A stretch of 49,964 nt of DNA from Candidatus Hodarchaeota archaeon (GTDB lineage: Archaea > Asgardarchaeota > Lokiarchaeia > Sigyniarchaeales > SOKP01), in the NCBI GenBank assembly GCA_048887225.1, contig JBHLJY010000016.1:1-49964 (forward strand), given 5' to 3'. Positions 31,039 to 39,004 of this stretch are shown here, one piece after another (the stretch's first letter is position 1; every line of letters begins with the position of its first letter). Both the position numbers and the translations under genes were made by a program. The notes under the pieces were generated by a model. The model ran no database searches, was not told the DNA's origin, and worked only from the letters and a program-made list of their open reading frames with translations.

Positions 31039-31069
31039 GTCTTGTAAGTAAATCTTAGTTGCAAGATGA
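31035..31069 (+). promoter_or_regulatory. Eukaryote-like SECIS element
   Basis: AUGA (31035-38), stem GUCUUGUAA/UUGCAAGAU (9 bp), loop GUAAAUCUUAG containing AAA, then GA (31068-69). Directly 3' of two UGA-containing genes. Confidence 0.85.
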
Positions 31070-31140
31070 CAAGCCGTGCGATGGAGGGGGTTTTAAAACG
31101 AATATAATAAAAATTTAATATTGTAAAAATCGAAGGAAAT

Positions 31141-32643
31141 ATGGTTCAAATTTCAAAGGATTATAATTTTGATGGTATAACTCCAAAAGATCTGTTAGAG
31201 GCTACTTCATTAGCTACGGAAAATTTCCAAGTCAGAGCATTTTTAGAAGCTAAAGATGATATTATCAGACATGAAAAATTTAGCGAAAAAGAGTTTTATG
31301 ACATTTTGGATGCAATGATCGATGCTGAAACAGAACGTAAAATGATATTGGAAGAATTAATAGGTCAGGAACCATTATTTTTAAGAGAAATTATAAATAT
31401 AATTAAAAAATTTCCACCTGAAAACGTTATTAGAGATATAATTTACCTAAAAGAACAAGGTTACGTTGAAGAACTCGTTGAGATTAAAACTAAAAAAGTA
31501 ATTAAAAAGATTAAAGGCGAGGAAAAAGAAGTTGAAGAAAAGGAATATTTCTATAGATATCAAGTAAAAGACCAAAGTGATGACTTCAAGGAGAATTTTT
31601 TTGAACCTGTTTCGCTTGTTTTTGATAATGGTGTTTGTTGTAACTGTGGATGGTGTTCCTCAATATGTCCTTTAGATGCTATTACAGTTACAGCAGATTC
31701 TTTAGAAATTGACGATAATATATGTATTAAATGTGGGTTATGTTTTTCTGTTTGCCCGAGATCTTTTTCGATTGAACAAGCTTATAAGGCAATTAAAAAT
31801 TTAGATAAATCTCTTAAATTTTCTGAGAAAATTTTACATTATAAAAATACATATTCGGGCACTACAACTAACGAAGAAATTAAAAAAGTTCGACAAGACG
31901 GAGGAATAGTTACATCTCTACTAGAATATTTATTAAAGAATAAATTAGTTGATGCTATTATAGCAGTACAACATTCCAAGGATTTATGGAAACCAGAACC
32001 GGTAATTGTAGAGGATGTAAAAGATTTATACTCCACGAGTGGAACAAAATATGCTAATTCCCCTTCATTAGTGATTATTGATAAAGCAAAAAAGTATGAT
32101 AGTATAGCAATTGTAGGTGTTCCATGCATGATGAAGGCTATTGAGAAAGGTTCATTATTTCCAAGTGGGTTACCATTTTTTAAAAACATCAAATATAAAA
32201 TTGGACTTTTTTGCATGGAATCTTTTTCTTATGATAATATTATTAATTTGGTTAAAGACAAATTTAACAAAGACATTAATGATTTAATTAAAATGAATAT
32301 TGATAAGGGTAAATTTATAATAACTTTGAAAAGTGGAGAAGAATTGAATGTCCCTCTATCTGAAATTCAATCGTACGCTCGCGATACATGTCATTATTGT
32401 GAAGATTTAACCTCTGATTATGCTGACATATCAGTTGGTTCAATTGGTTCACAAGCTGGTTGGTCGTCCGTGATTACAAGGACAAAAAAAGGGGAAGAGA
32501 TTTACAAAGGAGCAATTAAGGATGATTTAATTGAATCAAAGAGCTTAAAAGATGTTAAACCGGGGCAATTTTTAGTAGAAAAGATTGGCGGGATTAAAAG
32601 AAATAAATGTAAACCATTTGAATTAAAAAAGAAATTAATCTAA
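31141..32643 (+). CDS. FrhB-family F420-binding subunit with N-terminal helical/wHTH-like domain and ferredoxin
   Basis: 2x CxxCxxCxxxCP, RQDGGIVT, SGTKY, VGVPC, IGLFCME, CHYCED, ADISVGSIG. Confidence 0.9.
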   Translation: MVQISKDYNFDGITPKDLLEATSLATENFQVRAFLEAKDDIIRHEKFSEKEFYDILDAMIDAETERKMILEELIGQEPLFLREIINIIKKFPPENVIRDIIYLKEQGYVEELVEIKTKKVIKKIKGEEKEVEEKEYFYRYQVKDQSDDFKENFFEPVSLVFDNGVCCNCGWCSSICPLDAITVTADSLEIDDNICIKCGLCFSVCPRSFSIEQAYKAIKNLDKSLKFSEKILHYKNTYSGTTTNEEIKKVRQDGGIVTSLLEYLLKNKLVDAIIAVQHSKDLWKPEPVIVEDVKDLYSTSGTKYANSPSLVIIDKAKKYDSIAIVGVPCMMKAIEKGSLFPSGLPFFKNIKYKIGLFCMESFSYDNIINLVKDKFNKDINDLIKMNIDKGKFIITLKSGEELNVPLSEIQSYARDTCHYCEDLTSDYADISVGSIGSQAGWSSVITRTKKGEEIYKGAIKDDLIESKSLKDVKPGQFLVEKIGGIKRNKCKPFELKKKLI

Positions 32644-32657
32644 GCTGAATTAATATT

Positions 32658-33770
32658 ATGACTCCAAAAAAATTCCAAGATTTAATTGATGAGGTTCATA
32701 ATAAAGGAATTTGTCAGGAATGTGGTGGATGCGTAAGTTTCTGTAGTTCAGCCGAATATGATGTGATCAAATTTGTAGATGGATATTCGTATCCAGTATT
32801 CATTCAAAAAGATAAATGTCTTGAGTGTGGAATTTGCTATTGTATTTGTCCGCAAACTCATATTTTAGATGAGTCTTTAAATCAAACATATAAATTTTCA
32901 GATTATTCTTCTATGCCTCTTGGCTTTTTTGAGGAAATTTGTTCTTGCCAAGCTACAGATAAAGAATTTCTAAAATATGGTACAGATGGAGGTGTAGTAA
33001 ATTCAATTATAAATTATTTGTTAGAAAAAAAAATTGTTGACGGAGCAATAGTATCTAAAGTTGAGGGGCCATTTTCCAGAGAAGCTATGTTTGCTGATAA
33101 AAAAAATGAGTTACTTAAGGCCTCAGGTACTAAATTGGAGATATCTTCACATTTAGACGAAATTCAGAAATTCTGTACTTATACTCATTCAATTCCGAAA
33201 TTAAATCATTATAAATTCAAAAAACTAGTTGTTGTAGGTACTCCATGTCAGCTTTATACAATCAGATGTATGCAAAATTTGGGAGTCACACCTTCACAAA
33301 ATATTGAAATTTGTCTTGGGTTGTTTTGTTATGAGAATTTTCAATTTGATAAAATTCAAGTGAAGAAATTTGAAAAAGATTTTGCTATCGAATTCGAAAA
33401 TATCGAAAAGATAAATATCAGAGAAGATTTAATCTTAAAATTGAGAGATGATGGTTCTGGAGAAAGAATAGTTCACATTCCATTTAATCACTTAACTGAT
33501 TATATACGTCCTGCTTGTAAAGCTTGCAATGACTTTACCAATATCTATGCAGATATTTCCTTTGGAGGTCTTGGTTCACAAGAGAAATATACTACTGTAA
33601 TCCCACGAACTGAAAAAGGAAATGAAATTCTAAAAAAAGCAAAAAGTGATGGAATAATTCGTTGTTTGGATTTAAATGAGACAAGTAAAAATAATATAGA
33701 AAAACTAGTATCTCAATATTCTCAAATGAAAATAAATCGAAAAAAAAATTTCATGAATGAATTAAAGTAG
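32658..33770 (+). CDS. FrhB-family F420-binding subunit
   Basis: CQECGGC, TDGGVV, VGTPCQ, LGLFCYENF, CKACND, ADISFGGLG. Confidence 0.9.
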   Translation: MTPKKFQDLIDEVHNKGICQECGGCVSFCSSAEYDVIKFVDGYSYPVFIQKDKCLECGICYCICPQTHILDESLNQTYKFSDYSSMPLGFFEEICSCQATDKEFLKYGTDGGVVNSIINYLLEKKIVDGAIVSKVEGPFSREAMFADKKNELLKASGTKLEISSHLDEIQKFCTYTHSIPKLNHYKFKKLVVVGTPCQLYTIRCMQNLGVTPSQNIEICLGLFCYENFQFDKIQVKKFEKDFAIEFENIEKINIREDLILKLRDDGSGERIVHIPFNHLTDYIRPACKACNDFTNIYADISFGGLGSQEKYTTVIPRTEKGNEILKKAKSDGIIRCLDLNETSKNNIEKLVSQYSQMKINRKKNFMNELK

Positions 33771-33774
33771 CGAA

Positions 33775-35058
33775 GTGAAAATTACGACAGAAATTAAAAG
33801 GAACTCTAAATTAGAAGAAAAAACCGTTGATGATATTGAATTTTATTTAAACAAGAGTTACCATCCTACTTTAAGAAATTTGTTAAAAAGATGTTATCAG
33901 TGTGGTCGATGTAGTGGTGTTTGCCAATTATCAAAAGTCCAAAAGTTTACACCTAGTAGAATTATTCAAATGGTATTAGAAGGCTTTGAAGATAAAATTA
34001 TAGAAAGTGGAGTATTATGGGATTGTTTGACCTGCAACACATGCCTTCAACATTGTCCAGAAAATATTAATTTTGCGGATATTGTGAGAAATGCAAAATA
34101 TAGGATGAGAAATTCAGCTAATCAAAATCCTGATGAATATATTGCTCATAAAGGTATTTATACTACGATATCCGAGATAATGAGTCAATCTAATATCAAT
34201 CCAGAAAGAAATCTTGATTGGATCCCAAAAGAATGTAAAATTTCGAAAAAAGGAAATATTTTATATTATGTGGGATGTTTACCCTTTTTTAATTACGAAT
34301 TTGAGGATTTAACTAACATTGCAACTAGTACGTTAAAAATAATATGTCAAGTTGAAAAAGAACCAATAGTAGTTTTAAAAGAAGAGAATTGTTGCGGACA
34401 TGACCTATATTGGGGTCAGGGAAAACTTAAGACGTTCATAAAGTTAGCAAAAAAAAATATAGATATGTTCAAAGACGCTGGAATCTCTAAAATTATAACT
34501 GCATGTGCTGAGTGTTATCGAACATTTAAAGTGGATTATCCAGATATATTTGAGGATTTTAGTGAAAAGTTCGAGGTTCAGCATATTATAGAATATGTAT
34601 ATGAAAAATGGAAGCAAAATAAAATCGATTTTATAACTCCAAAAGAAAGTGATGAAAGAATTACCTTCACTTATCATGATCCTTGTAGACTGAGCAGATT
34701 TTTACCTAAGGATAACAAAATAATGGAAAAAGTCAGAGAAATCTTTAAAGAATTTAGAGAATTAGGTTATGATTTTAATGAAATGGAACATAATAAAGAA
34801 AATTCATTATGTTGCGGCGTTAATTCTTGGATGAATTGTAATGAAAAATCAAAAGCACTACGATATAAACGCATGTTAGAAGCTAAAGCTGCTGGTAATA
34901 TCATGGTAACATCTTGTCCAAAATGTAATATACATTTGAGTTGTATTCAAAACGATTTTGAAGATCTTTCTTCAATAAAGATTTTAGATTTCTCTGAATT
35001 TTTAATTGATCATGTAGAATTAAAGTCATCAGATAAAATTGAGGAGGTTGAGAAATAA
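33775..35058 (+). CDS. HdrD-like (HdrC-type ferredoxin + CCG domains) Fe-S oxidoreductase
   Basis: CYQCGRCSGVC, CLTCNTCLQHCP, YVGC, CCG, TACAEC, YHDPC, CCG, TSCPKC. Confidence 0.88.
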   Translation: MKITTEIKRNSKLEEKTVDDIEFYLNKSYHPTLRNLLKRCYQCGRCSGVCQLSKVQKFTPSRIIQMVLEGFEDKIIESGVLWDCLTCNTCLQHCPENINFADIVRNAKYRMRNSANQNPDEYIAHKGIYTTISEIMSQSNINPERNLDWIPKECKISKKGNILYYVGCLPFFNYEFEDLTNIATSTLKIICQVEKEPIVVLKEENCCGHDLYWGQGKLKTFIKLAKKNIDMFKDAGISKIITACAECYRTFKVDYPDIFEDFSEKFEVQHIIEYVYEKWKQNKIDFITPKESDERITFTYHDPCRLSRFLPKDNKIMEKVREIFKEFRELGYDFNEMEHNKENSLCCGVNSWMNCNEKSKALRYKRMLEAKAAGNIMVTSCPKCNIHLSCIQNDFEDLSSIKILDFSEFLIDHVELKSSDKIEEVEK

Positions 35059-38000
35059 TGGAAGGCTCAGTTCTAGTTATCGGAGGGGGTATTGCTGGAA
35101 TACAAGCATCTCTTGATTTAACTGAATTAGGATTCAAAGTTTATTTAGTAGAAAGAAATCCTTCAATTGGAGGAAGGATGGCACAGTTAGATAAAACTTT
35201 TCCAACAAATGACTGTTCACTTTGTATTCTTGCACCTAAAATGGTGGAAATTTTTCGGAATCCTAACATTGAACTCTTAACTTATCACGAAGTTAAAAAA
35301 GTTGCTGGAGAACTTGGAGATTTTTCTGTTACAATTCTTAAGAAACCACGATACATTGATGAAACAAAATGTAAAGGTTGTGGTGACTGCGCTGCTAAAT
35401 GCCCTAAAATAGAAGTTCCAAATCTTTTCGATATGAATTTAGGTAAAAGAAAGTCTGTGTATATTCCATTTCCTCAAGCGGTTCCGCCCATTTATTTAAT
35501 TGATCCTGAGTTATGTTTAAAAATAACTAAAGGAGTATGCGGGGTATGCGAAAAAGTTTGCGCTGCTGAAGCTATTGATTATGAACAAAAACCTCAAGAA
35601 ATTAATTTAAAAGTAGGAGCAATTGTTGTTGCAACTGGTTTTGATATGCCAGCAGAAAAATTAAATTCAAGATGGGGTTATCATTATAAAAATGTTATTA
35701 GTGCTCTTGAATATGAGAGAATTTTATGCGCATCTGGACCGTTTGGGGGTCATGTATTAAGACCAAGCGATGAGAAAGAACCTGAAATAATTGCGTTTAT
35801 TCAATGTGCCGGCTCAAGGGATTTACATGAGCAAATACCTTATTGTTCAAGCGTATGTTGTATGTATACTGCTAAAGAATCAATTATCACTAAAGAACAT
35901 TCTGAAAGATCAAAATGCTTTGTATTTCGACATGATATTAGAGCTTTCGGTAAAAATTTCTATGAATTTACTCAAAGAGCTCAAGAAGAATACGGAGTAA
36001 AATATTTTCAAACCAAAATTAGTAAAATTGAAGAAGATCCTGAAACTAATGACCTAATTATTCACTATGAAGATTTAAAAAATGGAGGTTTCAATGATTT
36101 CAGAGCTAATTTAGTGATTTTAGCCACGCCATTGGTTCCTTCTGATGGGGCTAAGGAATTATCCGAGATTTTAAATATAGAACAAGATGAATATGAATTT
36201 TTCAAAGAAAAATCATATTTTAACAAATCTTCATCCTCGAGAGAAGGTGTGTTCTTATGCGGTTTCTGTCAAGGTCCAATGGATATACCTGAGACTGTAG
36301 CAGATGCAAGTGGAGTGGCAGGCCAAGTAGCTGCTTTATTAACCACTACAAAATTTAGTCAAGTAAAAGAAAAAGCATTAGAAGTACCAGAAAAAGAAGT
36401 AAAAATTACAGATGAACCAAGAATTGGTGTTTTAATTTGCCACTGTGGTATCAATATTGGCAAGTATGTCGAAGTCCCCAACATAGCCGAATATGTACGA
36501 ACATTACCTAATGTTGTACATTGTGAAGATAATTTATATTCATGTAGTTCCGATTCCCAGGCAAGAATTAAAGAATTAATTAAAGAGCATAATTTGAATA
36601 GATTTATTGTAGCATCGTGTACACCAAGAACTCATGAAGCACTATTCCAAGAAACATGTGAAGAATCAGGTTTAAATAAATATCTCTTTGAGATGGTAAA
36701 TATTCGTGACCAATGTTCATGGGTTCATATGACCGAATATGAGGCAGCCACTCAGAAAGCTAAAGATTTAATTAGAATGGCTGTTGCAAAATCAAGATTA
36801 TTAAAGCCTCTTAAAGAAGAATTATTACAAATAACTCCTACTGCATTAATTATTGGTGGTGGAATTTCAGGAATGAGCGCAGCTTTAAACATTGCTAATC
36901 AAGGATTTAAAACCTTCATTGTTGAGAAGGAGAAATTTCTAGGTGGAAACTTAAATTACTTAAATGTCTTATATCCTATTGAAGAAAGTGCTTCAGATTT
37001 CCTTAATGAAACTATTACAAGGGTAAAGAATAATAAAAATATTCAGATTTTCTTGGGTTCAAAAATAAAAGAAATAAAAGGATATGTTGGAAATTATTTA
37101 GTCTCTATTATTGATTCAAATAACGAAACTCACGAACTAAGTATAGGAACAATTATTGTTGCTACAGGAGGGCAGGAATACAAACCTAAGGATATTTTTC
37201 AATATGGTAATGGAAATAAGAATGTTATAACTCAATTAGAATTAGAAAAAATATTAAAAGAAAAAGGAAAATCTTGGCTTGATGGAATAAATCGTATTAC
37301 AACAATTTTATGTGTTAATGCAAGACAAAATGAAGGAATAACATATTGCTCTAATATTTGTTGTGGAAATTCTATAAAAAACTTAGGGCTTCTAAAAAAG
37401 TTAAAACCTGAACTTGAACTAGTTGTTCTTTACAGAGATCTTCAAATGGCAAAAAAAAAGTATGAACAATACTATCGCGAACATAGAAAAAATGCTATAT
37501 TTTTAAGGTATGATCTAGATAAAATGCCAATTATAGAACAAAATAGTAAAAATCCCGAAAAATATAGAATAAAAGTATTTGATACAAATTTACAAGATTA
37601 TATAGAATTAGATACTGATTTAATTATTTTATCAACTCCAATGATTCCTGCTGATAATTTAGAAGAATTAGCAAAAATGCTTAAAGTTCCTTTAGATAAA
37701 AACGGATTTTTCTTAGAAGCCCATGTCAAATTGAGACCGTTGGATTTTGCGACTGATGGTATTTTCTTATGCGGATGTGCTCAATGGCCAAAAAACGTGC
37801 AAGATTCGATTTCCCAGGCAAATGGTGCAGCAGGAAGAGCTAGTAGGTTTTTAAGCGCTAAAGAGATTACAACTTCAGGAATAGTCGCAGAGGTAAATCC
37901 AATAGATTGTATCGGATGTGGGAAATGCGAATCTGTCTGTCCATACAACGCTATTGAACTTTTAGAATCAGTAAAAGATTTTGAAGAAGTAAGTTTAGTA

Positions 38001-38141
38001 GTAAAAAAATCCTTTGTTAATTCTGCATTATGTAAAGGTTGCGGAACTTGTGCAGCTACTTGCCCTAATGGGGCAATATCGATAATGCAGTATGATTTTG
38101 ACCAAATATCTGCTATGATTGAATCATATTTACTTAAATAA
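35058..38141 (+). CDS. hdrA: Large HdrA-family flavoprotein with two FAD modules, all-Cys
   Basis: Two GGGxxG motifs, GGRMAQLDKTFPTNDC, internal CHCGINI/ASCTPRTHE module, C-terminal ferredoxin. Confidence 0.92.
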   Translation: MEGSVLVIGGGIAGIQASLDLTELGFKVYLVERNPSIGGRMAQLDKTFPTNDCSLCILAPKMVEIFRNPNIELLTYHEVKKVAGELGDFSVTILKKPRYIDETKCKGCGDCAAKCPKIEVPNLFDMNLGKRKSVYIPFPQAVPPIYLIDPELCLKITKGVCGVCEKVCAAEAIDYEQKPQEINLKVGAIVVATGFDMPAEKLNSRWGYHYKNVISALEYERILCASGPFGGHVLRPSDEKEPEIIAFIQCAGSRDLHEQIPYCSSVCCMYTAKESIITKEHSERSKCFVFRHDIRAFGKNFYEFTQRAQEEYGVKYFQTKISKIEEDPETNDLIIHYEDLKNGGFNDFRANLVILATPLVPSDGAKELSEILNIEQDEYEFFKEKSYFNKSSSSREGVFLCGFCQGPMDIPETVADASGVAGQVAALLTTTKFSQVKEKALEVPEKEVKITDEPRIGVLICHCGINIGKYVEVPNIAEYVRTLPNVVHCEDNLYSCSSDSQARIKELIKEHNLNRFIVASCTPRTHEALFQETCEESGLNKYLFEMVNIRDQCSWVHMTEYEAATQKAKDLIRMAVAKSRLLKPLKEELLQITPTALIIGGGISGMSAALNIANQGFKTFIVEKEKFLGGNLNYLNVLYPIEESASDFLNETITRVKNNKNIQIFLGSKIKEIKGYVGNYLVSIIDSNNETHELSIGTIIVATGGQEYKPKDIFQYGNGNKNVITQLELEKILKEKGKSWLDGINRITTILCVNARQNEGITYCSNICCGNSIKNLGLLKKLKPELELVVLYRDLQMAKKKYEQYYREHRKNAIFLRYDLDKMPIIEQNSKNPEKYRIKVFDTNLQDYIELDTDLIILSTPMIPADNLEELAKMLKVPLDKNGFFLEAHVKLRPLDFATDGIFLCGCAQWPKNVQDSISQANGAAGRASRFLSAKEITTSGIVAEVNPIDCIGCGKCESVCPYNAIELLESVKDFEEVSLVVKKSFVNSALCKGCGTCAATCPNGAISIMQYDFDQISAMIESYLLK

Positions 38142-38157
38142 AAAATAGGAATACATT

Positions 38158-38595
38158 ATGCCAAAAGCGAAAACGAAAAAACTAAAGAAAGAATTTAACC
38201 CAGAAATTTTAGTTTTTTGTTGTAATTGGTGTTCTTATGCTGGAGCCGATTTAGCGGGAGTATCTCGATTTCAATATCCTCCTAATATGAGAATTGTTCG
38301 TGTAATGTGTTCTGGGAGAGTCGATCCCTCATTTATTTTGAAAGCGCTTAAAGATGGAGCAGATGGTGTTCTCATTAGTGGATGCCATATAGGTGATTGC
38401 CATTATATTTCTGGAAATGAATATGCTAAAGAAAGATTTGAGCGATTACATAAAATTATTATTAAACAATTAGGAATTGATGAAAAGCGCGTAAGACTTG
38501 AATGGGTAAGTGCTTCTGAAGGCAAACGATTTGCTGATCTAATTACAGAATTCACAAATGATATAAAAGAATTAGGGCCTTTAAGAGCCATTTAA
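38158..38595 (+). CDS. mvhD: MvhD [2Fe-2S] subunit, Cys form
   Basis: CCNWCSYAGADLAG, MCSGRVD, GCHIGDCHY, WVSASEG. Confidence 0.95.
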   Translation: MPKAKTKKLKKEFNPEILVFCCNWCSYAGADLAGVSRFQYPPNMRIVRVMCSGRVDPSFILKALKDGADGVLISGCHIGDCHYISGNEYAKERFERLHKIIIKQLGIDEKRVRLEWVSASEGKRFADLITEFTNDIKELGPLRAI

Positions 38596-39004
38596 ATTAT
38601 ATCGATAAATTTTACTAAATCCTAAAATTTCACTTTTTTTCTAATTTTATTTATTGATGTAATAAAAGGATCATTAAAAAAAATTCTCTTTCTGATCTCG
38701 ATAATTCTAGTATGTTTCATGATCGATATCAATCACATTTACTTAAAATAGTATCGACTTCGCGAGGAATGCTAGAAATAGATAAGAATAAGAATTAATT
38801 ATGTCTGATCCCGATCACAAATAATGGTTAAATAACGAATATGCAAAAATTGCACTTAAATTTATGTTTGATATTGATAAAAATATTTATATACTAAAGT
38901 GTATTTAATTATTGATTAACAAAAAAACTATTTCCAATTTGATTGTATTGATTTTTGCCATTTTTTACATATTTATCTAAATCCTTTTAAGAGGGGGAAG
39001 TTTA

